Positions 27,100 through 39,470 of a stretch of 64,000 nucleotides of DNA are shown piece by piece (position 1 is the stretch's first letter; the number at the start of each line of letters is the position of its first letter). The notes under the pieces were generated by a model. That model was given only the letters and a program-made list of their open reading frames with translations, was not told the DNA's origin and did not search any database. A program made the position numbers and the translations under genes. Origin of the DNA: Octopus sinensis (lineage: Eukaryota). Where the stretch lies: assembly GCF_006345805.1 (NCBI RefSeq), contig NC_043016.1:1798001-1862000 (forward strand). The letters run 5' to 3'.

Positions 27100-30045
27100 T
27101 ACTCAGTTGTTGCTAGATATTACCAGGAAAGTAGGATAGATACTAAAATATATAGGCGACACTAACTTATTGATTTATGTAAGAGAGATAGTAGTTACTA
27201 GATGATAAGGTAAGGTGTTCCTCAAGAAAACAACAAGAAAGAGCAGATGTAGAAAAGAAGATTACATAATCGAGTGAAGACTTTAAGGCAAGATCAGAGT
27301 AGAATAGAAATCTGGAAATAGGACAAGCTAGAAAGCACAAGAACTAAACTGTTCTCTTGAGAAAGAGAAAGGGTTTGGGAGAGTCATGGAAGGTCTGAAA
27401 CAACGTATCATATTAATAGCAGGTAAGCTTTCCAGATATCAGAAAAGAATAGATCAGTATCAACAGCACAGATCGCTTCAGATGGAGCAGAGATTTTAAT
27501 GCCAAATAGTGTAGAAGAAACTATTGAAGATGGGAGACCTAATGCAGAAGTTAATACGTTCTGGAATGATATTTGGGACAAAATTGTTAATCATAATGGA
27601 GATGCAGAATGTTTGAAGAAAATGAGGGAAGAAGTAGTTAATGAGAAGCAGCCACATCTAAAACTAACTACTGCATTAATGAATAAAGTGCTAGGAATAA
27701 TGGAGAAATGGAATAACCCAGGACCAGATTTAGTTCAAGGGTACTCGTTAAAGAAATTTAATAGCTTACTTTGGAGACTGAAGGAACAATGAGGGATTGC
27801 CTGAATGGAGAAGTAATACCAAACTGGATGAATACAGGGAGAACAGTATTCTTTATGAAAGACAAAAGCAAGGACAATATGGCAAGTAATTATAGACCAA
27901 TCACTTGCTTACCATTGGTGTGGAAGCTGTTAATAGGTATTTTCCCAGAAAGCATTTATGAGCACCTTAACAGTCAGAACTTGCTGCCAGAAGAACAGAA
28001 AGGTTGCAGGAAGAAGGCAAGAGGAACGCATGATTTATTATACGTAGACAGAGCAGATCTTTGGTGAAGAGTCTTACAGTTGGTATTAAGAAATTTATAC
28101 TTTTTTATTCTTACTAAAATGTTTCAGATCACCCATGTAGAGCAAATGGTTAATTTTTTCCTTTATTATATCTCAACTCATATCCTGCCTTTGCTCTCCT
28201 TAATACTAAACTGAGGGTGATTAAACATAGACAGAGCAGATCTAAATGAAGTAAAATCTAGAAAGAAAAATCTTACAATAACACGGATGGATTATAAGAA
28301 AGCCTATGACATGATTCCACACTCACGGATGAGTATATGTTTGAGTATATTCAGTATTGCAAACAACATCATCTTCAGCATGAAGAAATGGGAAGTAAAT
28401 CTACTCAGGTAATATACTCATAGAGAAAGTTAATATCAAAAGAAGAATTTTCCAAGGAGACTCTTTATCCCCTTTAATATTTGTCTTATGTTTAATCACC
28501 CTCAGTTTAGTATTAAGGAGAGCAAAGGCAGGATATGAGTTGAGAGATAATAAAGGAAAATATTAACCATTTGCTCTACATGGGTGATCTGAAACATTTT
28601 AGTAAGAATAAAAAAGTATAAATTTCTTAATACCAACTGTAAGACTCTTCACCAAAGATATAAGCATGAAATTTGTCATAGATAAGTGTGTAATATCAAT
28701 CATGAAAAGGGGACAGGTAGTCTGCCGTGAAAGCATTCAATTACCAGAAGGCTACGCATTAAACATACTGTAAGAAGCAGAAAGTTATAAGCAACTAGGC
28801 GTATTAGAATCTGACAGAGTATTAACTATAGAAATGAAAGCGAAAATTGAGAAGTAGCACATCAGAAGGGTGGGGAAATTAATGAAGTTGAAGCTAAACG
28901 TCCCAAATCTAGTGAAGGCGTAAATACATGAGTAGTATAGCTATTTAGATTCAATAGCTTTTGTAGATTGGACAAAATCTAAATTAAGAAATCTAGACAG
29001 AAGAACTAGGAAAGAATTCAACATAAATGAAGAACTTCATCCAAGATCAGAGTAGCAAGAATATTTGTTTTTTGCCTAGAAAGGAAGGTGGTAGAAATTT
29101 AATATCAGTAGAAGACTGTGTTGAACTAGCTAGAGTAGATATATCATCCTATATAGGTAATAGTTAATCTTATTAAGAGCTGCAAGAGTAATTGTAGGAA
29201 ATGGAGAAACCAAAACGCTAAATTAGGTTAAAAAAATAGAAAGAGGAAGCAAGATTATCAGACTGGCAAGAGAAGGCTTTGCATGGTATATTTCCAAAGA
29301 TAGTGGCAGAAAATAGTAATAGTGAGAAATTGCTGTTTGCAGAAAGGAAGGTTGAAAAGGGAGACAAAATGTTTGTTAGCAGCAGTACATGATCAGGCTT
29401 CGAGAACTAATTGGATAAAAGCCAAAATAGATAAAATTGGATAAAAGCCAAAATAGACAAAACCCAAGATTCCTAATGTAGGTTATGAAAGTCAAAAGAA
29501 GAAAGTTACTCATATAATAAGTGAATGTAGCATGCTGGTACAGAAAGAGTACGAGAAAAGACATGACAACAAAGGGAGAATAATTCACTAGGAGTTATGC
29601 AGAAATCTAGGATTTGACCATGCTCATAAATGTTATGAACATGAACCAAGGAAAGTACTAAAAAGTAAGAAAAGTAAGATGTTGTGGGACTTTAACATTC
29701 AGCTGGACAGAGTAATAGATGCTAGAAGGCCTGATTTAGTAGTGCTAGATAGAGAGAACAGAAAGTGCCAAATAATAGACTTCATAGTCCCAAAATGATG
29801 AGAAAGTCAGTATGAGAGGTATAGAGAAAATAGCAAATCACCAGGACCTAGCCGTTGAGTTACAAAGACTATGGAAACTGTTGGGGAAATGTATCCCTGG
29901 AGTTATAGGTGCATTAGGAACTATCCCTAAGGTTTGAACAGATGGATAGAGGAAATAGGCATAAAACTTACTATAGTGCAGTTTCAGAAGACAGTATTCT
30001 TAGCGAGAGCTAGGATATTCAGGAAGGTTCTCGGCGTCTAAGATT
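27100..30045 (+). mobile_element. Heavily decayed R4-type RLE LINE (F), RT to C-terminus
   Basis: NYRPITCLPLVWKLL, PEEQKGCRKKARGTHDLL, DYKKAYDMIPH, FQGDSLSPL, LLYMGDLK, RRPDLVVLD, PGVIGALG, ARIFRKVL across broken frames. Confidence 0.85.
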
Positions 30046-30179
30046 ACTTGTAGGACGATGCTAGGAATTTTTCTTTTCACACAGTCTAATCTGTTGCGAG
30101 TATATGATAAAAACGTCTCCGTTGTATAGAATTTGCGATGGATTGGACGAAACCTTTGCTTATATCAAAAATGAATACC

Positions 30180-30600
30180 CCGATTTGCCAAAAACCAGTA
30201 TACGTTGTGGCAACAAAAGTGCTGCATTGGAAACTGTGTGAATTGTGGAAGTTAGAGAGAGGCAAGAAATGGTATGAACATAAATCACAGAGAATGGCTG
30301 ACACGGTGGCTTGCAAAATCCTGTGGGATTTCCGAATACAAATGAACCAAGTGATTGTGCATAACAAGCCGGAGCTAGTGATGGTGAATAAGGTAGCCAC
30401 ATGTGCTCTACAACCGATGTCATTTGACACGCGAAAATTTAAGAAGGAATGCGAAAAATAGACGTATAACATCTTAAATAGAAGATAGATTCACCGTGTA
30501 AGATGAAGAATGTGAAAAGAGTGCCAATTAGTGTTGCCTTCTTGAGGATAATTTCAAACTATATTGAGACAAATGTGAATAGAGTATTCAGTAGAACTTT
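30180..30600 (+). mobile_element. Old R4-type C-terminal remnant (G)
   Basis: LHWKLCE...KWYEHK...KILWDFRIQ...HNKPELVMV. Confidence 0.65.
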
Positions 30601-30809
30601 AAAAAAAAAATTTCCCTCCTTGGTGTGGCAAGAATCATCAAGAAAATATTAGATATTTGAAGGGAACTGTAGTACGGAACTAGTCTGCAGGTTGCAAACT
30701 CGCTACGCATACAAGATTCCTGGAGATAAAACCTGACGACGACGACTACGACAACTACATCAATAAAAAACAACGACGACGACTACGACAACTACATCAA
30801 TAAAAAAAA

Positions 30810-31000
30810 AGCAAGTTTGGCACAAGAGCAGCAATTTTGGTGGAGGTGTAAGTTGATTACAATTGCTCGATTGCTCAAGTGATACCTACTTTATCGATCC
30901 TGGGAGGATGAAATTCAAAGTCAACCGCGGAAGAATTTGAACTTAAAACGTGAAGACTGACGAAATACCGCCAATCATTTCACTCTTCCAACTCGCCGCC
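30810..31000 (-). mobile_element. Diverged tRNA-derived SINE with the same head/core as 56386-56618 but a different 3' tail
   Basis: The reverse complement GGCGGCGAGTTGG...GCGGTATTTCGTC...AGTTCAAATTC...GGTTGACTTTGAATTTCATCCT...GATCGATAAAG aligns with the 56.4-kb SINE. Confidence 0.75.
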
Positions 31001-31026
31001 TTAATAATAATAATAGTCATGATAAC

Positions 31027-31091
<65 letters not shown>

Positions 31092-31114
31092 TGATGATGA
31101 TGATGATGATAACT

Positions 31115-31660
31115 GCCCTGATGCAGTACCAGGCAGTGGCTCTCATGGCTTCTGATCTTAACTGATTGGAAGTGTTATCATGTACATTGTTTTGTCTTGG
31201 TATAAAAGATGGGCTACAGCAAATATTCTGCTCAATACCACAGATTTGCTTGTCAGTTGTTTGACCTTAACCAATTGAGCATGTCCCTGAGTGGCTGACG
31301 ATATGTGCATCTCTGATCGCGAGCAGAAGTAGTAGGGGAGCATCATAGCGTTGTGTTGAGAGGGATTCTTTGGGGTTTGAATATTGACCTCATGGGTGTT
31401 TCGTTTTCTTTCGTTCCCCATCCTTAAACAAGCTTTCATCAAGGACATTTTGAGCAGGATGGGCTACTTGACCTGAAAAAATTCTAACTGTTTATGCGCT
31501 GTTTATATGAGATCACCATGTTGCGCACAAATGGTTGTGATGCATGTGCCTAGTGTACCTTTGTACCCTTATCAGATGAGTAGTCATGATGGGTATATTA
31601 GGCTTCGCATATTTATACCCCAGTGTCCCTTTCATGGCATGCATTGATCTCTTACTCAAT
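31115..31660. repeat. ~540-bp interspersed element bracketed by (AAT)n/(AAC)n tracts, possibly a LINE 3'-UTR-derived non-autonomous element
   Basis: Unique-looking block between trinucleotide tracts; partial second copy at 7620-7810; no coding similarity recognised. Confidence 0.55.
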
Positions 31661-31729
31661 AACAACAACAATAGTAAAATAATAATAATAATTGTAGTAG
31701 TAGTAGCGGTGGTGGTGGTGGTAGCAATT

Positions 31730-31768
<39 letters not shown>

Positions 31769-32451
31769 ATATGAGTATTGCATTAGCTAGCATTTAATGA
31801 AAGGGATAAATTGAATAACATTCCGTGGTCCTGGATAAAGAAAGTGACAGAATGGTGAAGATTGGGATGTGAGGAGCCGAAGAAGGGCTAAGCACCATCA
31901 ACAACAACAACAACAACAGTGTTCATCATTGCAAGAACCGCTGTCGCCGCCACCAAAAAGCACCACCAAGAACTGACGCCCCCGGAACTACGCACAACCG
32001 CCCCACCCCACTCCCACTCTCATACCGTCACTGCTGCCATCATGGTCACTTCCAACGCCACTGCCACCGCCACCACCGCTGTCACCGCCAGCAACTCTGC
32101 CACCACTGCATTCATCACACCGTTACCGCCCTTGCTAGCTCTATCACCACCTCCTGTACTACCTCCCCACCACCTCCTCTACAACCTCTTCGTCCTCCTC
32201 CACCACCACCACCACATACCTTATCACCACCACTTCCACCAGCTCCTCCGCCATCTTCATCGTTATGGTCGGTGTCGACGGTCTTCTCGACATACTTATT
32301 CTCGCCCAATCTGTTATGAGAAAGAAATAACCAAAAAGATATACAAAATAAAATATACATTTACAAAGTACAACAGCCACAGCAATAATAACAACGAAAC
32401 ATAAGAAATATAGACAGACCAGACCTGACGACAAAACGACTAAAGGATAAC

Positions 32452-32454
<3 letters not shown>

Positions 32455-32489
<35 letters not shown>

Positions 32490-32497
32490 TAATAATA

Positions 32498-32545
<48 letters not shown>

Positions 32546-32831
32546 TAATAATAATAATAAAAATTATTACCGGCAATATCAAAACATACAGGCAAGTGTT
32601 ATAAGTGGCGAATGTAGTTGAGAAAAATCGATATGTTTTATTGATTTAACGTAGAAAAATGTCTTGTATACTAGAATGACGAAAGGTGTTCAAAGGCGGG
32701 AGATAGGAGAAGTGGCATGTAAAAGTGATAAAACAGATATTTTAGAAAAAACAGTTTGCTCACACTTCAATAACATAGAAAACCTTACAGCTAGGACACA
32801 ATGATATATAATAATAATAATAATGATGATG

Positions 32832-32902
<71 letters not shown>

Positions 32903-33187
32903 TAATAATAATAATAAAAATTATTACCGGCAATATCAAAACATACAGGCAAGTGTTATAAGTGGCGAATGTAGTTGAGAAAAATCGATATGTTTTATTG
33001 ATTTAACGTAGAAAAATGTCTTGTATACTAGAATGACGAAAGGTGTTCAAAGGCGGGAGATAGGAGAAGTTGGCATGTAAAAGTGATAAAACAGATATTT
33101 TAGAAAAAACAGTTTGCTCACACTTCAATAACATAGAAAACCTTACAGCTAGGACACAATGATATAATAATAATAATAATGATGATG

Positions 33188-33253
<66 letters not shown>

Positions 33254-33270
33254 GCAATAATAATAATATG
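32455..33270. repeat. Tandem duplication: (AAT)n - 246-bp unit - (AAT)n - same unit - (AAT)n
   Basis: 32561-32806 and 32918-33164 differ by about one base (GAAGTGGCAT vs GAAGTTGGCAT). Confidence 0.95.
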
Positions 33271-33314
33271 ACTAACACGAACACAAACATATAGAAAAAC
33301 ATACACACTTCTTA

Positions 33315-33668
33315 TCTTTTATATTTATTTGTTTCAGTCATTAGATTGAGACACCACCATGGAAAATTTTTAGCTGACGATTTTTTTAAAGCCTGGTAAT
33401 TATTCTATCGGTATCTTCGCTGAACCGCTAGGTTACAGGGATGTAAGCACACCGACACAATCGCACACAATCGCACACATGCATACACACACACACGCAC
33501 ACACACTCACACGCGCGCGCGCACACACACACACACACATATAGATAAATATATACGACGGGCTTTTTCCAGTTTCCGCCGAACGAACAAATCCACTCAC
33601 AGGATGCCACGCAGTGGGACTGAACCCGGAGCAATGTGGTTGTGAAGCAGGTTTCTTATGACGCACCC
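33315..33668 (-). mobile_element. tRNA/CORE-like SINE with an internal (CA)n/(CG)n spacer
   Basis: Head CCGGGTTCAGTCCCACTGCGTGGCA at ~33605-33630; 3' module ending ...CTAATGACTGAAACAAATAAA at ~33325-33345. Confidence 0.75.
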
Positions 33669-33723
33669 ATGTGTGTGTGTATGTATGTATGTATGTATGT
33701 ATGTGTTTGTGTGCATGTGTGTG

Positions 33724-33762
<39 letters not shown>

Positions 33763-33830
33763 TGTGTGTGTGTGTGTGTGTATCGCTAGCCACTAAACCT
33801 TTTTTTCTCTCCTTGTTTTTTTCTGTGTTC

Positions 33831-33866
33831 CTTTCTGTCGAAGAGCGAAGGCTCGAAACGTAAAAG
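33831..33866 (+). ncRNA. Hammerhead-like motif with a variant core, in a short (TA)n-anchored element (33800-33958)
   Basis: CTTT CTGTCGAA GAGC-GAAG-GCTC GAAA CG TA AAAG: stem I CTTT/AAAG, perfect stem II, palindromic ACGT in stem III. The core deviates from CUGANGA. Confidence 0.5.
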
Positions 33867-34003
33867 CTTTTCTCACTTCCCGAGCGTTAAACAATTATAT
33901 CTGTTTGATGTTTACACAACCGTCTTTGTCTTTTGTTGTTTTGTAAATTCTCACTACCTATATATATATATATATGTGTGTGTATGTGTGTGTGTGTGTG
34001 TGT

Positions 34004-34049
<46 letters not shown>

Positions 34050-34052
<3 letters not shown>

Positions 34053-35282
34053 TTTGATTTTGATTGATTTGATTTTTCCAGTTTCAGCTTATGAGCTGTG
34101 GCCATGCTGGGGCACCGCCATTTGGTGTTGCTACTTGGTTTCACTTCATGAAGGCTTTGTAGCAACTGCTATTTGGTGCATGAGAGAGTTCGATGCAGCT
34201 GCCCTCATCTGCCCCTCCTGCCGTGAAGTTGGTTCATCTGGGACACCTGACAGGAAGAGATCCAGCTTCATTTTAAGACATCTGTATCCACCCCATGCAG
34301 GTCTCTCAGGTTCTTCGGGAGGATATTGAAGAGCTGTGGGCCTCGGAAGCCCAGGCTATCACAGAATCTTGTCCTACATCTTGATGGCAAGTTTGGAGTC
34401 CTAGGCACCACGCAGTGGCGCCCAGTTCTGGCATTTGCGTAACTCTCGATGCCAAAGTTCAGGACACTTCCCTCCAGGATCTTCCAGATGTATATTATGG
34501 CATATCTTTCCCGCCTACGCTCCAGGGAATATAATTTTAATTTCTTGAGTCTTTCCCAGTAGCTTACATTCTGCATAGAGGCTATCTTCTTCGTGTAGCT
34601 ACGTTGGATCGCCTCGAGCTCTGTGATCAACTTGACACTGGATGGTGACCATAACTGAGAGCAGTAGTCAAAGTGGCTTAGGACAAGTGTCCTCCAGAGG
34701 ACCATCATGGTTTCTTGTTCTCTTGTTCTAAAGGTTCTGAGGATCCATCCGGCCAGAGGTCTACATTTCATTGCCAATTTAGCAACATGTACACGAAAGG
34801 TCGCGTTATCACTCATGTAAATATCCAGGTCACGCACTGATTGTACCTCTGGGATTGCTATTCCTCCGGGTCCAGTGTATTCATTGGGTATTGCATTTAG
34901 TTTTGCGTGCTGATAGTATAGAGCTTGAAACTTTTCAGCATTGAGCTGCATGCTATTCTTTTCGGCCCACTTGTATATTTTGTCTAGCTCACATTGCAGG
35001 TGTTTAGTGTCCTCAGGGTTCTGTATTGCCTGTGAAACTTTTGTATCATCTACATAACTTGTGATCGTGGCTCTCTGCGTGGCTGAGGGCATGTCTGAGA
35101 GGGCCATTATGAACAGTAGTGGTCCCAGAACAGTGCCCTGCGGAACACCGCTCACTATTTGCGTGTTAATGGAAGTGGCCCCATTGGCCACTACCATCTG
35201 ACTTCTATCTTTCAGAAAGTCATGAAGCCATTCTCCCAGTTTTCCAACTATGTTGAGATCACGCAGTTTGTGACATATCATA
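34050..35282 (-). mobile_element. 5'-truncated CR1/L2-type LINE (copy 2) inserted in (TA)n
   Basis: Open 337-aa frame (34268-35281) with GVPQGTVLGPLLF, SYVDDTK, HFDYCSQLWSP, SLERRRERY; 3' end GGCGGTGCCCCAGCATGGCC...(TCAAA/ATCA)n; colinear with copy 1; (TA)n on both sides. Confidence 0.93.
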
Positions 35283-35302
35283 TATGTGACATATCATATA
35301 TA

Positions 35303-35372
<70 letters not shown>

Positions 35373-35780
35373 TAGTTTACATTTAAGCACAAAGGGGCGA
35401 GCCCTTAACACGTCGCCTAACATGCCAGAGAGAACAATCAAAAACAGTTAAGAACAATTTCGAACATTTATCATGTTTTAAAGCTGAACCTCAGTTTTCG
35501 AACTTTAATTAGGAAATAAAATAATTTGCAAGTTCTCCCCAGTGGATAACATGTAAATTAGAGACCAAATAACACGTGTCTCATGCTTATATATTGTAAT
35601 TTTTCAAATCCTCCTCGCAAGCGCAGATTCAATCGGCAGCAAATAAAAGTTCCGATTAAACTTCGGAAATTGCTAAAATCACTTCTTAAAAAAAATTATA
35701 GAAATTTTATTTTATTCTTGTAGTAAAAAATTCTATAATATTTTCCCTACTCTATATGAATTTTAAGAATTTTATATATA

Positions 35781-35851
<71 letters not shown>

Positions 35852-35881
35852 CGTGTGTGTGTGTGTGGTGTGTGTGTATAC

Positions 35882-35931
<50 letters not shown>

Positions 35932-35974
35932 CACACACACATCAGCATGATTGATCGCTAAATATCACCATGAT

Positions 35975-36126
35975 TGTTCGCTAGAATCACAATATTTTTT
36001 GTTCTCTTTTTATTTCATCATGTTCCATTCTGTTGAAGAGCGTAGGGTCAAAACGTAAAAGACTTTCTCACGTTCCCGAGCGTCAAACTAATGCACCTCC
36101 TAGTTGTTTTTCTGTGAATTTAAGCT
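35975..36126 (+). mobile_element. Decayed copy of the short hammerhead-like element, ending at (TA)n
   Basis: CTGTTGAAGAGCGTAGGGTCAAAACGTAAAAG...TTCTCAC.TTCCCGAGCGT aligns with the 33.8-kb and 57.6-kb copies. Confidence 0.7.
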
Positions 36127-36149
36127 ATATATATATATATATATATATA

Positions 36150-36489
<340 letters not shown>

Positions 36490-38520
36490 CAGAGTAAGCA
36501 CATAAATGTGAAACAAGATGGAAAAAATAGTACTCGAATACCAGAGGTAGAGTAATATGCGTTATTATTAAGACTGTAAAAACACCGCAAAAACTGTTAC
36601 TAAGATTTTCACGTTTCCGTTCGTCGGACATTTATGGTTCTCAGCTGAGTAACTGAGTAACAGTTTTTGTGATGTCTATAGAGGTTTATTAATAAAGTAT
36701 ATATATAAGGAAAATAAGACAAGGTAGAAAATGCTAAAATAATTTTATCATGAAGAGCATTTTAGTTCTGGTTTCAGGCTTTGCGACTTTTTCAACTTCG
36801 AGCAAAGCATGAAAAACAATTAAATTGTGGAAAAATTAAATGAACTGTTTTTAAAAATATTTCCATAAGTTTTCAAATACAAGGGACATTTTCCTTTTTC
36901 TGTCTTCCTGTCTCTCTGTCTCCCTCTCTCTCGTTTACTCTTGTGAAGGCTTGGTAGTAGGTAGTATGTAGTAGCTATCCTAAAAGAAGATTTGGCATAA
37001 GGGATGTAAGTTCTTCGTTTTGAATGTTTAAGCAGCAGTAGCCGAAGAAGGAGGCGAAGAAGAAGAAGAAGAAGAAGAAGAAGAAGAAGAAGAAAAAGAA
37101 GAAGAAGAAGAAGAAAAAGAAGAGGAGGAAGAAGAAGAAGAAGAAGAAGAAGAAGAAGAAGAAGAAGAAAAGGAAGAAGAAGGAGAAAAGAAGAAAAAGC
37201 ATAAGAAAAATACGGCAGTGGTACGGCAGTAGTAGGATGTTGGTGCAATCCTCTTAAAGTGACCTAAAAGTGACTTTTGGTTGTAATAGTAGTGATTGGA
37301 ATTGTTCTGAATGAATTCATGGGTAGTGACAGTTCTGAATATATCGTTTTTAATATTTGCGTGGGTATTATTCTAAAGCCTTTGAAATAGTGTCATTTGT
37401 GGTGGACGCATTCAAAAGGGGTTTATATTTTGTGATAAAATATGACACTTTGCTAATCCACTGATTATACGTTGCATCGTCCCTCTATAGCGAGGAAACA
37501 TTCTGAAGTTGAGTTGTCCGTTAGTGGCGCAAATGTCGATGTGTTCGCTAAATGCTATTTTTCCGTATACCCCAATTTTGATCTGGGATCTATATAGATT
37601 CATCCGTTGACATAGACTGCTTTTGGTTTGCCTTATGTATTGCTCTCGATACCCTGAGCAAGTTAATACATATATAAGGTTTTCCGAAGCACTGTAAAAC
37701 GTTGACACTGTTTGAAAGGGAACTCCGATCCCTCAAATAGGTTGACGCATATATCACAGTTAGGTCTTCCGAATTTTTTAGAGACGGCTTCAGTGTTGTT
37801 GTCTAGTGTACTTGGGCTTGTGTTAGGAGACGTTTCGTAGATCTGAGTTGTCTTTTGCTCTTTATGATGGTGTTTTTGGTTGTAAATCCTTTATCATGGG
37901 GCTTTTGATTGTAAATCCTTCTTTAGTCTGGGGTGTCTGAGTTCGTAGATGTTGAGTTGTAGGGCATGTTGAAAGCTTGCTGATGAATGTATCCTTTAGT
38001 TCATGTAGTCGTGTGCCCCTGGTGCTTGTATCAAATCATTTTTGCCAGGATGTAAGGGATAGTCATTCTCCAGGATGAATGTTAGCACTTCTATTACGAA
38101 TTCTTGTGGTTCATTGGAGTAAGAATTGGATTGCCTCTATTCCTAGGCTGCGAGGGATATTGGAATAGAAGTTGTCTACATAAAAGGATTCTAGTAGGGT
38201 GTTTTTATTTATTGTTTCAGGGAGGTGATTGAGCATATCTAGGTGGTCCCTTATTTAGCTTTCGATATGCTTGAGAAATGGTTTTAAGAGGGTTTCTAAA
38301 ACGTTACTGGGGCGGTGAGTTTCGCTTGCGGGGGTCTGCTATTATGGGTCTTAATTCGGGGTCATTAGGAGTAGGTGCCCTGACTATTATGTCCCCAGCA
38401 TGCGTAACTTATTTTTTCACTTTTGTGCATCTTAGGAATACCGTAGAATTGACTGGATTTTCTTTGAAATTGGTCATATAGTCATATTCTTTTCCTTCTC
38501 TCCAGAATTTTAATTTTTTC
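36490..38520 (-). mobile_element. Degenerate, internally deleted Penelope-like element (Neptune-like)
   Basis: RT N-terminal motifs FYGIPKMHK and LRPIIADP.SETHR at 38270-38470; GIY-YIG NLIYVLTCSG.REQYI.QT...QRMNL.RSQI at 37412-37708; 3' region with (CTT)n and a hammerhead-bearing tail ending at (TA)n. Confidence 0.8.
36594..36630 (-). ncRNA. Minimal type-I hammerhead-like motif in a PLE tail
   Basis: Reverse complement: TGT CCGACGA ACG-GAAA-CGT GAAA ATCTTA GTA ACAG; U4 is changed to C. Confidence 0.5.
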
Positions 38521-38525
38521 TCTTT

Positions 38526-38551
38526 CTGACGAATACCGTGTCCGAAACGTC
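38526..38551 (+). ncRNA. Hammerhead core next to the 5' end of the 36.5-38.5-kb PLE, opposite strand
   Basis: CTGACGA ATACCGTGTCC GAAA CG TC: canonical CUGANGA/GAAA/GUC core; stems I and II are poorly paired. Confidence 0.45.
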
Positions 38552-38961
38552 ACACATATCTTTTTTCCATCTTAAACTGAGCGTCAACGACCTTTGTTGA
38601 CTTTATTTATATTTTCCTATATATATTTATATATAAAATTTGCAGGATCCAATAGAATCAAAGTATATAAATACCAAAGGCACCAACGTAGAGTCGGGGA
38701 TAACCACACCTGTGCACTAACAGTGTGTACGGGTACTAATGTACTTAGGAAATTAAATACAGATTTGTCCTATTTACGCACACATTCACAAGTATGTACC
38801 CAATACATTAACTAAACGTAAAATCATACAGATGTATACTACAGGAAGCAGTCCACGGGCCACTATAGGTTTAAGAACCAACGCAAGGAAGATTCCAGTG
38901 TGGTGTAGTATAAATAATAACACAGATATGCCCATCTAAGATAGTCTGTGTATGTATGTAT

Positions 38962-39022
<61 letters not shown>

Positions 39023-39160
39023 GTGTGTGTATATATATATATATATATATAATATATATATTATATATATAATAAATAATATTAGGGTAATAAGAATTAT
39101 AAAAATTATTATTACCAGTGGCCTAGCACAAAAAATGTGTTCTAATGTACACGATATTTC

Positions 39161-39223
<63 letters not shown>

Positions 39224-39319
39224 ACAAAGGATGAAATTAATTAATTAAGAAGTAATCAGTAATTTCACCAAGTAGAATTCGGCATGAAAAAGACCATTTC
39301 ATGTTAAGCTTAAGTAATC

Positions 39320-39470
39320 CTTTATAATTAGGGTTCAGCGAAGATTTGCTTCACCACATACCGAAGTTTAGAAATACCAGTCAAAAAAGGAATAGCTAAG
39401 ATTTTTTGACTGCTATTTCTATACTTCGGTATGTGGTAAAGCAAATCGTTGCTGAACCCTAATTATAAAG
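39320..39470. repeat. 151-bp hairpin: 69-bp inverted arms, 13-nt loop
   Basis: 39320-39388 is the reverse complement of 39402-39470 with 5 mismatches. Confidence 0.95.

Noticed and set aside
31919-32404. 161-aa His/Thr/Pro-rich ORF
   Set aside because: Derived from degenerate (CAC)/(CAA) trinucleotide sequence; no domain signature.
32455-33270. CRISPR-like or regularly spaced repeat arrays
   Set aside because: Repeats are simple microsatellites or whole-unit duplications in a eukaryotic context; no repeat-spacer array or cas genes.
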